A stretch of 61,485 nucleotides of DNA from an uncultured Planctomycetaceae bacterium (lineage in GTDB: Bacteria > Planctomycetota > Phycisphaerae > SM23-33), in the NCBI GenBank assembly GCA_964497475.1, contig CAZCDM010000001.1, forward strand, positions 1-61,485, written 5' to 3'. Both the position numbers and the translations under genes were made by a program. Under the pieces are notes generated by a model. The model worked only from the letters and a program-made list of their open reading frames with translations, ran no database searches and was not told where the DNA came from. Positions 41,701 through 56,700 of the stretch are shown here, piece after piece; the stretch's first letter is position 1, and each line of letters opens with the position of its first letter.

Positions 41701-44700
41701 CGGCCAGTGGGACATCGACTCGGACAGTCTGCTGGTAACCAATACCGTCAGCGGAAATAACATGACCTGGACCGTCACCAACGGCGTGACGATGACGGGC
41801 GATTTTACCTCGACCGGCCAGTGGGATATCAACTCCACTACCGCCACCCTCACCGGCACGTTGACTGGACATGACCTCACCTGGGACGTCAGCGAGAGCA
41901 TTGATCTGGATGCACCGGTGCATGTGGACGGACGGTTCAACGCCTACACGGGCACGATGCACACCCACCAGCGGCTGGATATCCACCATGCCGAGTTCGT
42001 CGTCGATGCCGGCGACCTGACCGTGGATGCGGAGTTCAACGCCATCAGCGATGGGATCATCGACGTGCTGGTTACCGGTACCGAGGCCGACCTGAACCTC
42101 GCCGCCGACGTACGTGTCTCCAGCGGAGACAACGCCGACGCATTGGGCAGCGGCTCGGCCCACCTGGTCGTCGCCGATGGCGATATCCTCTTCGATGCCG
42201 ATGCGACGCAGTTCCTTGGCAGTGGCAGCCACTTCGCGCTCAGCGCGGTCGGTTTTGGAGATGTCATCACCTCGACCGTCAAGGAGATGACGCTCTCGAC
42301 GACCGGCACGTCGCACAACAACGGCGACATCTACGTTATCGAGACGGACGATCTGACGATTATCGGCGAGGACCTCACCTCCGGCGATGCCACCGGCGTG
42401 ACCGGCATCTGGAGTGCCTATGGCATGATCGACATCGATCTGTTGGCTGAGGACGCCCTCTTCACACTGGCCTCGGGCAGCATCGTGGCCGCCTACGAGG
42501 ACAAGGACATCGACCTGATGGCGGATGACATCGACTTCAAGGCCGGTGTCGATACCGTCCGGGCCAGCGGCGATCTGATCGTCCATACCACCCACGAGCC
42601 GCGGCAGTGGACCTTCGGTACCGCAGCGGAGGACAACCTGGGCAATAACGAGGATGAGGGTGATTACAACCAGGGCCTCATCGACCACACCCACTCGATG
42701 GACCTCTCGTCGCGCGATCTGGCGGCCCTGGCCGACGGATTCGCCCACATTTACTTCGGCCGGGATGGCGTCGATAACGACATGACCATCGGACATGCGA
42801 CCTTCCATGATCCGGTCACGATCTGGGCCGGTGATATGACTGTCCGCGGGTTGTTGGCGCTGACATTCGACATTGAGGACGAAGAAAATACCAAGCTGAA
42901 CCTGGCCCTGTCGAACCTCTTCGTTACGCACGATCATATTCACCCGACCAGCACGATTCAGGGCAGCGGCATCGCCGCCGAGGAGATCGTGATCCTCGCC
43001 GATCAGGATGTCAGTATCGAGGGCGTCGTTCGGGCGGAGACGACACTGGACATTGACGCCGGCAGGGAGATCACGACCGACCAGGCCGAAGTCCGCGCCG
43101 GCGAGAGCCTCGATCTCTATGCCACCGGCAGCCTGTCGTTCACCGACAGCGTCCTGCGAGGCCTGACCGACAGCAAGGGCGTCACTGCGGGGTCGTTCAC
43201 CGCCGCGGGTCTGGCCGGTGAGGGGTCCGGATCGATCTTCATCGATACCGTGACCATCAACGCCAAGGATCTCTTCCAGCTGTCCGCCGCGACGACCTTC
43301 ACCGCCAATGCCGGCCAGTTCTATGCCACCGGCACCCACGGCGTGGTTGATATCGACGCGGTGGATTCCATCACCACCACCGCCACGATCATGCAGGCAC
43401 CGGATCGTGTTGATATCCAGTCCAGCCAGGGCGATATCACCTTGAATACGACCGGCCTGACCGGCTTGGGCAGTGAGAGCACCGAGGAGATCATCCTCAA
43501 GACGCTCGGCGAGGCTGGCGGCACGGCCGGTGGCGACATCACCATTGTTCAGGGAACGCAGTTTGCCCGCCAGCTCTATCAGGTCGATGCAGCCGATGAA
43601 TTCATCACCGACAGCCTCTACATCACGCTCGACGGGGACATGGGCACGATCGACATCAAGACCGGGGCCGACCTGTCGATTACGGGCAACGCCTACCTCG
43701 AAGCCAATGAGCTGATCTGGCTGCGGTCGATGAACGGTGACGTGACGGTGGAGGGCGTCCTGCGGGGCCCGTTTGACTCCACCGTCAACCGGGTCGTGAT
43801 CAACGCCAGCCAGGACGTTCACATGAATGCCGAGATTTACTCCTGGGATCTGGTGCAGATCATCGCCGGGCAGGGCTTCTACTCGACGAATATGCATCTC
43901 CAGGCCCTCAGCGAGATCGGCACGGTTGAAGTCCGCACCGGGCTGGATCTGGATTACGACGGCATCCTCGAGGCGACCCAAAACGTCAGCCTCATCACGC
44001 AGGGCTCGCTGACACTCGGCGACCGAACGATCATCAAGGGCCTTGAGCCCAGCAAGACTCAGAGCGTCCTGCTGCAAGCCAATGACGATATCTCCATCGA
44101 GGGTATGGTCGCCGCGACCGACTGGATCAAGGTCTACGCCGGTCAGGACGGCACGGGTAGTGTCTCGGCCTCGACGTTGGGCGGACTGGAAGTCACCAGC
44201 CTCGATGATGGGCATATCGATGTCGATGCCGGCCTGCAGGAGGGCGACATCACGCTGAATACCGATCAGTGGCTCAAGGGGCTGGCGATCGATCTCCACG
44301 CCCTGGCCGGGCAGGTCGAGGTGATGGGCAACTCCCGTATCGAGACTGACCTGCTTACCGCCCGCGGACGCGATGGCGTGGCTCTGAAAACCGACGCCGA
44401 TGAAATCGACGCGAAGGTTCTCGCAGCCGGCAACGTATATATCGACGAACTACACGGCACGCTGGTCAGCACAGGCACGACGGCTGACGGCTTGATTACC
44501 ATCACTGCCGTGGGCGACCTCCGCATTGCCAATGTCCACTCTCTCAGCGACGACGAGGATAATGACATCCGCCTGACCTCCACGGAAGGCCAGATCTACG
44601 TCGGCCAGCTCAACGCCGGTTCTCTCGGCGACGTGTTCCTCACAGCCAATATCGGTTCGGTCTGGGATGACCAGGGCCTGATTACGGCCGAAGAACTCAC

Positions 44701-47700
44701 GGTCAACGTTCAGGAAAACATCAAAGTCAACACCACGGTCGACACGCTCTACGCGACCAGCACCGGTATCGGTGACCTGACTATTGTTGAAACCGACAGC
44801 CTGCTGGTCGATACGGCTGATATCAACAGCGGGGCCATCAGCATCACGACCAACGGCGATCTGCTGGGCGGTACGCTGACGTCGATCGACAATCTCGTCG
44901 AGCTGCGGCAGCTGGGCACGGGCCGAATCGAGGTCTCCCAAGTCGATGCCGGTGAAATGGGCATCGTCAAGTTCTACACCGAAGATTCCGCCACGGCCGA
45001 CGTCAAGGCCAACGACCTCATCATCGACGCCAGCGGCGCAGTGACCCTGACGACTGACGTGACCAATTTGCAGGTCCTCGGCAGCGGTGCCATCTCGATT
45101 GACGAAGTCGACGATATCAATCTCATCGACGTAGACATGGCCGGCGGCAGCATTGATGTCACCGCCGGCGATATCATCCGCGCCTACGATACCGTGGCCA
45201 TCGGCTCGACGATCAATCTGACCACGACGGGCGGTGGCGATATCCGCACCGGCCAGGTCAACACCGGCGAGACCGGTGTGGTGACGCTGAGTTCTACAGG
45301 CGGCATTAATCCGTTGATCGGTGACGACGGGTACATAACGGCCGATCATGTCTATGCCACCTCTGTCGATGACATGATTCTCAATCTGGACGCGACGAAG
45401 CTGACCGCTTCGACCACCGAACAGGGCCACATCACCGTCTACGCTGTCGATGCCATCGAGCTCTTCGACGTCTCTGCCGCCGATGGCGAGATTCGTGCCG
45501 AAGCACACGGCGATCTGGTGGCTACGAATGTCCGCTCCCTGACCGACAGTGACGAGAACCGTATCGTCCTGGTGACCCACGACAATGCGGACGTGCTGGT
45601 CGATTATATCGATGCCGGCATGACCGCAGGTGGGCTGACGATCACTTCGGCCGGCGATATTCGCGAGGTCAACGCCACCGACGCTGCCGCCGATATCCTC
45701 GCGCATACCGCGTTGCTCTCGGCCGATGGAACCATCGGCTCGACGAGTGATTCGACCCAGGATATCGATGCCGACGTCGATGTGTTGACGGCGGAGACCA
45801 CCGGCAGCGGCGCCCTGCGCCTCCACGCCGTTGACGACATCAACCTGATGAGCGTCACCAGTGCGGCCGGGCCCATCGATATCACCGTTGATGGGGATCT
45901 GCGGGCCACGGCCGTTACCAGCCTGAGTGACACTCCCGAGGCGGAGATTGCCCTCAGCACGACGGGCGATGGCGTCATTGAGGCGGGCCTGATTACCGCG
46001 GGCGCCACCAGCGGCGTGATCCGACTCGACTCGGCCACCACGATTAATGACTTCGACGGAAAGATCATCGGCCACGCCCTGCACGCCACTGCAGTCGATG
46101 GCATGCTGCTGGATACCACGGTCGACGATCTGTACGCCTCGACGAGTTCGGCCGGCCGCATCGACGTCGTCGAAACCGACGCGATCAACCTGCGGAATGT
46201 CACCACCGCCGACGGTCTCATCGACATCCAGGCCTCTGGAGAGATCACCGCAACCTATCTCGCCAGCCTGACCGACGCCGACGACAATGACATTAACCTG
46301 ACCGTTACCAGCGATGGAGATGGCCTGGTGGTGGGCGAAATCTACGCCGGCCAGCTCGGCGATGTCAGCCTGCTTTCCACCGCCGACATCACGCAGTTGA
46401 CCGCCGGCGTGCTGCAGGCCGACTACCTGCTGGCCGATGCGGCCGGGCTGCTCGACCTGCGTACCCAGGTCCACACGATCCGTGCCATGAGTCTCGGGCT
46501 GCTGCGGATTGACGAACTCGATGACCTGATCGTCGAACTCGCCCAGAGCGACAACGCGGCCATCCACATCACCGCTGGCGGAGACATCACCGCCACGGCC
46601 ATCCGCTCCCTCACCGATGCCGAGGACAACGACATAACCATCACGGCCACGGACGGTGGCTCGATCCTGATCGATCTGATCTCCGCCAAGTCCACCGGCG
46701 ATGTCACCCTCACCGCCGACGGTACGATTGAAACCGCATTGGGCGGCAAGGTCGTTGCCGAAGAGCTCATCGCCACCGCAGGGGCTGCGATCGACCTGGC
46801 CACGCAGATCGACATCCTCACCGCACAGGCGACGGCTGGTGACATCACCATCCATGACACGGCTTCATTGGAGTTGCTCGATGTGGTCACCACCGACGGT
46901 GCGATCACCATCCTTGCCAGCGGCTCGATCACGGCTACGCAGGTGGCCTCGCTGTCCGGCGATGAGCAGGATGACATTACCATCGAGACGACCAATCTCG
47001 ACGCACTCCAGCCGGACGATGCGGCGATTTCGATCAATTCGATTTTCGCTGAAGGGCAGGCCGATGTCATCCTCACCAGCGCCGGGCTGATCCTGGCTCT
47101 GGGGGGGACGCTGACGGCCGACAAGCTCAGCGCTACGGCCCAGGGTGCGATGACCCTCAACACCAGCGTCAGTACCCTCCATGCCGTCACGAGTGAGCCC
47201 GGTGCGATCCAAGTGACCGAAGCCGACGCGATTACCATCGAGGCCATCAGCTCCTGGCAGGGGCCGATTGCCCTTACCGCAGGCGGAACGATTACCGCCA
47301 CGCAAATCGTTTCGCAGGTCGACTCGGAAACCAATGACATCACGCTGACGACGACCGATGGCGGGGCGATCAACGCGGCCCTGATCGACGCGGGTGCTGG
47401 GGGCGATGTGGTCCTGCACTCGGCGGGTGGTATCGTGGCCACGGTACGCAGCGAGGAACTTGATATCATCGCCGCTGGGGATGTCGACCTGACGACCACC
47501 ATCAACACGCTGACGACGGCGACGACGGCTCCGGCGGACATCACCGTCCATGAGACCAACGAAATCACCCTGGACGGGGTGACCGCCCAGGCAGGTGTGA
47601 TTGACATCACGGCCAGCGACACCATCATTGCCGAAAGCGTCCGTGTCGGGACCGACTCGATCGAGAATATCATTCGACTGACGGCCCAGGGCTCGGGTGC

Positions 47701-50700
47701 GATCCGGGCCGGTGCGATCGACGCCGGTGGTGTCAACGGCACGGTCGAATTGACGGCGGCTACGGAAATCACCGACCGCGATGGCAAGATCATCGCTGGT
47801 ACTCTCAAGGCCCGTTCCCAAGGCGCGATGCTGCTTGATACGACCGTCGGCCACCTTGACGCGGCGGCGTTGGGCAGCGGTGGGCTGACGGTTACGGAGA
47901 CCGATGGCGTTGTGCTGGACAGTGTGCAGACCTTCGCTGGTCCGATCACCGTGATCACAGGCAGGGGTACGCTTGAAGCCGGGCTGGTAACCAGCCTCAG
48001 CGACTCGGACGATAATGACATTACACTATCGGCCCATGGCGCCGCTGCCGAGATTCGCGTTGGTCAGGTCGATGCGGGCGTTACCGGCGATGTCTACCTG
48101 ACCTCGGCCGGTACGATTGGCAAGACCGCGGACGGCCTTTTGACTGCCGATGACCTTGTGGCTGTCGCCCCGGGCGATATCGACATCGATACCGCCGTGC
48201 AGTCGCTGACGGTGGAATCGACCGCCAGCGGGCAGGTGACCATCGTCGAAACCGACGCCGTTGAGCTTACGGACATCCGCACCGCCGATGGTTCGATCAA
48301 CGTGACGGTGCATGGCTCGGCCGATGTCGAGGCGGTCCACGCGGCCGGGGCGGGCGGCTCGGTCACCGTCGACGCCGACGGGCGGATGAACGTCACCGGT
48401 CAGGTCGTTGCCACAGGTGACGATGCCGTCGTGACCCTTCTGAGCGATCAGGCGTTCTATCTCGGCCTGAACACCCGGGTCGAGACCCTCGGCACGGACA
48501 GCTCCATCGTCATTACCGCCGCCGATATGGCTGGGCCCAACGCGGGTCTGTATGGTGACGTCATCGCCGGCGTCGAAATTGAAGAAGTTACCGACCCAGA
48601 CACGGGCGAAACAATCACCGAGCGAACAATTATCGGTTCGGCGGCCAGTGCGACCATCACCTCGGCTGGTGGGTTGGATATTGGCGGCACGGTCACCACA
48701 GCCGGTGCGATGAACCTCCATGCCAACGGCGAGTACCTCGGTGACAGCATTACCCTCGGCGGCGAGGTGCGCAGCCTCGAAGCCGACAGCCAACTGAAGC
48801 TCAAGGCAGCCGGTGATATCAGCCTGACTGGCGGCGTCTACGCCGACGGGGCCCGCAGCGACCTGTGGATCGAATCGACTGGCGGACAGGTGGTCTTGAA
48901 CTATGAAGCGATTGCCCAGGATGATATCACCATCAAGGGCGGAGCCCACGGTTCGGGCGAAAGCGTCCTCATCAGCAACACGGGCGTGGTACGCAGCCTC
49001 TCGTCCAACACCTTGATCGATATCGACGCCGAGAACCGTGTCACCATTCGCGGCGTACTGGAAGCCCTGCAGAGCGGCAGCTCGATCGACATCAATGCGG
49101 GCGATCGCATCTTCATCGACAAAGCCATCGAGACCGCCGAGGCCATTACCCTCCGCGGCGGCGACGATGCGTCGGGCAAGAGTATTCTGGTCGAAACGGC
49201 TGGCGGGCTGACGGTCACGAGCACGACCGGCCTGATTGATCTCCACGGCACGCAGGATGTGGTGATGATCGGCTCGATGTACGCCGAAGGAGCCCAGGCG
49301 GACGTCCAGATCACTTCCGATGAGAGAGTCAGCATCGGCGGAGTCACCCACAATGTCGGTCAGGGCGAAGCACCCACGGAGACGGGCGGATCGATTATCG
49401 CCGGCGACGGGGTTACGCTTTCCGGCGGTGCCGACAGCAGCGACATCAGCGTCTACGTTCAGGGTGTCAGCACGATCACGACGACCGGCTCGGCGGGCGT
49501 GATTGACATCGACGCTGTCGAAGATGCCGAAATCATGGGGCACTTGAATGCGGCCCTGGGCGAGAGCAGCTCACAGATCGTGATCACTGCCGGCGATCAG
49601 GTCCGCGTCGGACAGAACCTCCACGCCGGCAGCCGGATCGAACTGGCCGGTGGGGACGACGCCGTCGTTGCCGGTCAGGCGCACTCTGGCAAGAGCGTGG
49701 TGTTGCTTGGGTCGGTTGATCTGAAGACGACAGCGACCAACAGCGAAATCGTACTGACCGGCCCGGATCGGATTGACCTGCTGGCCGGCAGCGAACTGCG
49801 GGCCGAGGCGGAAGGTTCGAAGGTTCGTATTGGCACGCAGGACGGGACGAATGGCAAGATTTACATTGGCGGTGCGATTGTTGCCGACAGTGCGGTGGAG
49901 TTCTACAGCGGGCAGGATGACTCCGGCAGCGATATTGAAGTGGACTACTCCGGCTCGATCGAGACACAGAACGGCTCGATTGAATTCCATGCCGGTCTGC
50001 AGGGCGTGATCCTTGGTGATGTGCTGGCACGCGGAAGCGATGCTGACGGCACGGGTGCGGATGTACTGCTGACGGCCGGTGAGACGATGACCATCGGCGG
50101 CACCATCGAAGCGACGGAGAATATCACCGTCACCGTCAATGCCACCCCGGACAGTGGCTCGACGAGCCTGCTGACTGAAAACACCAGCCGCATGCGATCG
50201 ACCGGTTCGGGAGGCACGCTTACTCTGACCGGTACCAACGACGTATTGATCCACGGCTCGATCGGCGTGACGCCGGAGGGCTTCAGCACGGGCTTGGACA
50301 AGATTGACATAACCTCGACGGAGGGCAAGATCAACGTCGGGGCCGAGAATGGATGGATTCAGACCGACGGGCAGATTCGTCTTGATGCGGGTCTGCTGGA
50401 AATTGAGGGCGTGGTGCGGAACACGGCGGCATCGCTTGCCGATGGCCTGTACGAAATTGATATCCATAACAGCGATACGGTAAACATTACCGGTACGCTC
50501 TCGGCGGTCGGTTCGATCCTGGTCGATGCCTATGAAACGGTCAGCGTCCAGGGCAGTGTGATTGAGTCGACCGGTACCGGTGAGACGATCCGCATTGAAT
50601 CGGATGACCGCATCGATTTCGGCGGCCAGGCGGCCGAGGTCAGCGGCCAGACCGTCCAGCTGACCGGATCGGTCTTAGGTACGGGTGCGGTGGAAGTCAT

Positions 50701-53700
50701 TGCCGCCGGCGTGGTGGACCTGAGCAACGGCTCGACGCTGGCCACCAGCGAAGCCGGCAGCTCGGTCAGCGTTACGGGTCGGACGGTAGAACTGGCCGGT
50801 GCGATCTACGCCGGTGGCGATTCCGACGGGTTGACTGCGGCCGATGCGGACCTGGCCATCAACGCCACCGAGCGTGTCTCGGTTGGCACGAGCACCATGG
50901 GCAGCATTCTGGCCGCCTCGGGCGATCTGACGATCGATGTTGCCGATGGCGTCTCGCCGGTGGACTTCGAGCTGTCGGCTGACAGCATCATTCGCTCGAC
51001 GGGCCTGGTGGGCAATGCCGACCCGAGCAGTGTCACGATTACCACGGACCATGACATGTACATCGACGGCCTGATCGAAAGCGTCGACGAGGGCTCGGAT
51101 GTGACGTTGAATTCCGGTGGACTGATCATGATGGACGGCTTTGTCGAGGGTGAGGAGTCGGTCACGATGACCGGCGGGGATCATGTCTCGGGTGTGAGTG
51201 TCATGCTCAAGGCGTTGGTCTTCGAGACGGATGCAGAGGGGAATATCCTCAACGAGGACGGCCTGCCGGTCGATAGCTTCGGCGGCGACCCGGCCCGCGT
51301 CAGTGGCGGCGTGATCAATACGGCTCCGGGTGGATCGATCAACCTTGGTGGAACCGGCCGGATCGTCATCGACGGCATGGTCGGGCGTGTCTACACCGAC
51401 GAGAATGATCTGCCTGACGTTGATGTCTCGACGATCGATATCTCGACCGACGAGGATATCTATGTGATGTACCTGGTCAACGCCCAGGACCGCATTACGA
51501 TGGAAGCCCGCGACGTGATGATCCTCAACGAGGCGATGGTGATTACCCGCGCTGACGATTCGAGCATCTACGTCCAGGCCGACCGCAACATGACCCTGGC
51601 CCAGGGTCAGGAGTTCGAGCGGGCCCGTCTGGAATCCGGCAATATGGTCCAGGTGTACGGCGGCGATATCCGTGTGGACGGAACGCTGCGTGCCCGCAAT
51701 GCCGGCGGTGTGGTTCGACTGGATGCGATGAATGACATCACGGTCACGGGGCATGTCGATTCCTACGGGACGGTTGGCCTCAATGCCGGCGTGGCGAGCA
51801 ACCAGGATCCGGCGCTGCTCCTGGCGACGCAGTTCACTTCGGAATCGCTCTCGACGGAAGGCGATATCCTGATTTCCGGTGAAGGCCAGCTCGAAGCCGA
51901 CGGCGACGTCGCCCTGACGGCTGGCGGGAATGTGGACATCGAAGCCTACGCCGTCATGCAGGACGATCAGATCGCCGTGCCCGAGCCGTATATCTCGGTC
52001 GAGACTCGCTATGTCCAGGTGTTGACGGGCACGAAGCAGGTGGCTGTCGGGTTCATCGACGTGCCGGTGGTCAAGTGGGTCGACAGCACGGAAATCGTGC
52101 AGACCGGATGGGATCCGATCAAGATCGGCGAGTGGTACACGACAATCGACGTCGATGTCGACCAGATCGGTTGGTTCGATTCGGCGACGGAGACCGAGTG
52201 GGAAGCCGGCGTGGACGGCCCGACCCTGGTGGACAACGGGACGGACAACAGTCAGTTCACGCTCGATTACACCGACGAGACGGCCGAGTTCGTTAAGCTC
52301 TATCAGGCGAATTACGATACCGGCAGCGGGCGATATCACATTGTTCGCAACGGCATCCAGGTCGTGGCTGTTGAGAACAACCAGTGGGTGGCCGACCATG
52401 TCGCGCCCGAGGCGCTGCAGCCTGCACCGGAGTTTGACGGATATGTCTACCTCGACAAGAGCGTCTACGATCAGCTCCTGGCCGACGGGGTCAACGACAC
52501 CACCGAGGTGCTCAAGCGGCATGGGTATGATCCGATCTGGTCTGGCTCGACGCAGTGGAAGTACGTCCATGCCGAGGAGTTCCTGGGCGAGAACTACAAT
52601 GCGGACAATGACGAGCACAACTTCTATGTCAAGGTCCAGGTAGACCCGCTCACGGGCACGAGTGCCGAAGAGGATATTCAGATGGCGGTGGCCGGCGTGG
52701 CCGATGCGGTGAGCTACGAGGATATCGGCGATACACGGCTGGACGTGCAGCTCAAGCTGCATCAGATCGGCTGGTGGAATACCGATACGCAGACTGGGCT
52801 GCGAGACAGTCGCGCCCAGAGCGACTCGCCGGACGACCGTGTCGAAGACGACTTCCAGCTGGGCGTGCCCCGGCCGGACGGCAGCCAGTGGGTCGAGTGG
52901 TACGAGCTGGAGCTGATCGGTTCCACGCGTGAGGTGACTATCACTGACGGCCGAAGTGACTACGTCTACGCGGACAACCCGGTCTGGGCGGCCAGTGGCA
53001 TTACCCAGACGCACGGCATTGAGGCGGACTTCGATGGCACGACGCAGATGGTCTATGTCCAGGTTCCGGTGGCGATCACGCAGGTCAACGGCGGAGCGCA
53101 CATGGATCTGGCGAGCTTCGACTGGACGGCTGACCTGACCGGATCGACGGTCTACAGCGAAGCCATCGACCCGGCTGCCCAAGCGGATGTCTTGGCTGCG
53201 TTGGACTTCCTGGCGGTCGAAGACCTGGCCGACTACACCGATGGCGCGGGGCAGGTCGACCTGGCTGCGATGGTTGATGATGGCGTGGTGAGCATGACGC
53301 AACTGGTGAACCATGGCCTGGTCTCGAAATACGACATCAGCCAGGGGCTGCCGGTGACGATCACCGTCGATGCGACCCAGATCGAAAACTTCGATCACTA
53401 CTCCGTCGGTCATCACGCCGAATACCTTGGCCAGTGGCGGGACGACTGGGGTATGTACCAGGGCAATGCGGCCGAGGGGATCGACCACAACAGCGGCCTG
53501 ATGGGCAGCGACGAGACGGTCGATATCACGGGCACGCACACCTACAAGGGCACGACCTACGATGTGCCTGGTTATACCGATGTCATCCGTCGGGAAGGGT
53601 CGCAGGATGGCCGCCACGAGGTGCTTCGTAATTACAGCGATGCCTATACCTGGGAGCGGCAGGACTGGAACGATGAATTCGGGCGATATGGTGCGAGAGT

Positions 53701-56700
53701 ATCCGCCGATCATGGCCTGCGTCCGGTCGGTTCGGTGATCCATATCACCAACGCCGAGAGCGAAACGCAGGTGATGGCGGACAGCAACAGTGGCGACTAC
53801 GACACGCGAGACAGTGGCCATAATGAAGCGGTTAAGATCCTTGTTCGCCGCGATGGCACGAATGCGGGCAAGCATGAGGTGTGGTACAGCTACAGTGCCG
53901 AATATGACATCGTGCGGGATAACCTGGGCCACTATTACGGCTCGTCCTATCACGCCGAAGACAGCCTCTTGCCCATCAATACGAGCAATACGACCTCCCG
54001 CGCAGATGGCAGCACGTCCGTGCCGGATGGCTTTATCCGCAAGCTCGTCGGCTATGCAGGCACGGGCAACAATCGCCATGAGGTCTGGCAGGAGATGCGG
54101 CAGTACAACTGGGAGGGCAGTGAGTACACCGTCAAGGTGACCGATGAAAACCACGGCCTGCGGAGCGTGGGTTACACCTGGTGGTCTGGGACGCCGTGGC
54201 AGACCAATGGCTGGCAGTATACGATCATGGAACACCTTGACGAGCGGGGCAACCATTACGAGCGTATCCGTCAGCAGAAATATCTGGGCAATTATCGCGA
54301 CGTCTGGGACGAATGGACATCTGATGCCGGCAGCCACGACACCGGCCTGCGTTCGATCGGCACGCACTGGTGGGATTCCAGCCGCACCGACTGGACCGGC
54401 AGTGGTGGCAGTAAGACAGCTAGGCAGTATAAGTATTGGGTCGACGACTATGCTGGCAGCGATTCCAACCGTCATGAGGTAGTCAAGCGACAGTACTATT
54501 ATGGCAACTACCGGGACTACGAGTCTACGTCTGGTTGGATTAAAGCTAACGTCAGCATATTTGGCGGAGGCGCACCAGAGATCGGGCATGAGGAAATTCT
54601 TAGTGATGGTCGGATGCGCAGGATTGATGACACCAAATGGGCATGGTTCAGCTGGCATGTTAAATATAAATACTATTCTGTCAGCTATGATCACTGGGGC
54701 AGCGAATACTCTGGAACAGGGAAGTATACGACCGCCGATGATAATCACCCGAATGTAGGGGATGTTCTGGAGACTTATTCGGGTGGAAGCCGGGAAGTCC
54801 TGACGGGTAAGGGGTGGCAGAATAATCACTACATTCTCGAATATGAACGGCAAGGCAAATCGTATGCTCACTGGTCGAACACCGCCACGGTTAACGGCAA
54901 TACGACTACGGCGGAAAGCCAGACCAACGGTCTCTCTGCCGGGTATGTCATCAGCAACGGGGACGGTACGCGCGAATACTTCACGGGTAATTACCGCTGG
55001 AGCGGCTCGGACTGGGTCGCTGTCTGGGAACACCAGGACAAGAACTTCGTGGTCGGCGGCTCGGAGACGATCGTGCTTAACTCCGCCGCGACCGGAGCCT
55101 ACACCACCGCAAAGAGCGATCTGGAGTCGCTCAATGACATAGGTGATACCGAGACGCTCAGCGGCGGGATGATGCGCGAGCTGGTGGGCTACGAGTGGGT
55201 TGGAAACCGCTACTACGAGGTATGGGATCATTTCAGTGCCGAGTACAAGGACTTCCAGGATCTCGAAGGCGGAACGCTGTACGGCGACGTCTACCAGACC
55301 TGGCAGACCACGACGGGCAACACATCCAATTCCGGCAGTGCCTACTGGATCCTCAACCCCACCGGTTTGGTCGATTCGAACTGGGAGTCGTTGCCGGGCA
55401 ATGCGGACTATCATCAGGACTACGCCGGTTATGTGCTCTATCATCCGAACGTGAATCTTGTCGGTACGGTGGAATTCCGAGCGGGCAATCCTTCCCTGAT
55501 TCGTGAATGCATCGATCAGCGATGGGAAGACTACGACGTCGATGGCGTGAAGCACTGGCGACTGGAAACCCGTTGGCAGAACAAGAATGTCAATAAGGTT
55601 ACGGCCAATCCGCCTTCGCTCAGCGAAGCGCTAATCGGCAAGGGTACGCTCATCAGCAGCAACCTGAACCTGTATCAGCGTGTCGTGGCTGGGCCTTCCT
55701 TCGAGATGATGCGCGAGTATGGTGGCGAGTGGCAGGCTGTCACCCGAGATGCCTTGGACAAGGCCGGAGCGATCTACGCCTGGCGGTACTCGGATGCGAA
55801 GTATCAGAACTACCGCAACATGGTTGCCAACAATTATGATGGCGGAGCCTACCGAGATTATCTGGGCAGCTCGACCGGGCGAACTACCGACGCCCTGAGC
55901 CATCTCAAATCACTGAGTGCAGATGGCAATGGCTATGATGGCGGAGACGTCGAAAACGTCACCTATACCAAGACCAATGACGGGACACGGGTCTTTGATG
56001 AATATGTCTGGGTCAACGATAACGTTTACGAAACCTGGGATTACTACAGCGACTGGTACAAGGACTTCACCGTAGGCGGGCACAGTGGTGTGCATGTGTA
56101 CTATGACTTCAACGGTGCCGATGCGCCCTCCACAGCCGACCAGGCTGCCTCCTCGCTGAAGGATACCTGGACTGGGGAGTACGACGGCGCATACACCAAC
56201 GCCGAAACTCTGGTTCACAGCAACTACCCGCTCGAAATATTTGAGCCGATTACCGGTGGTATACGGACGGTTGTCGGGCACGACTGGGATGGAGATACAT
56301 ATTATCCCTATTGGAAGCATGAATCGGACGTCTATGATCACTACCAGCCCTACGCTGGCAGTTCCGATTATCACTTCGATGCCGATAATCCCGAACTCTA
56401 CCCCGAGCGGTTCAGCTATTACGACAAGGCCGACTGGCGTCGTGAGACGCAAAGCCGTCAGTGGGATCAGGTCCTCGTTGGCTTCCATGATCAGGATCAG
56501 GGCTACTATGACGACTTTGGCCAGTGGGTCGAGGTGGCTGATGGCTACCAGAACCATCCCGAAGCCGGCAACAATAACGACTATTGGGATGCGGATGTCC
56601 AGTGGGTCTCCGACATGGTGCGCGTGGACGACTTTGCCGATCGGTATCATTACGGATTCCACGGTATGTATAACTGGCATGACGTGGAGGACGAGCGTCA

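Noticed and set aside
50675-55555. Minus-strand ORF of 1,626 aa, the longest entry in the ORF track
   Set aside because: It is codon-phase-locked antisense to the giant + ORF, and its lower boundary is a sense TTA codon (50675-50677). The translation (R/G/V/D/A/H-rich, for example ...GRVAAEAIDRQAVLVEDIPLCIRLEDQRLEHD...) has no recognisable motif or repeat logic. The + frame gives structured repeats and conserved motifs.
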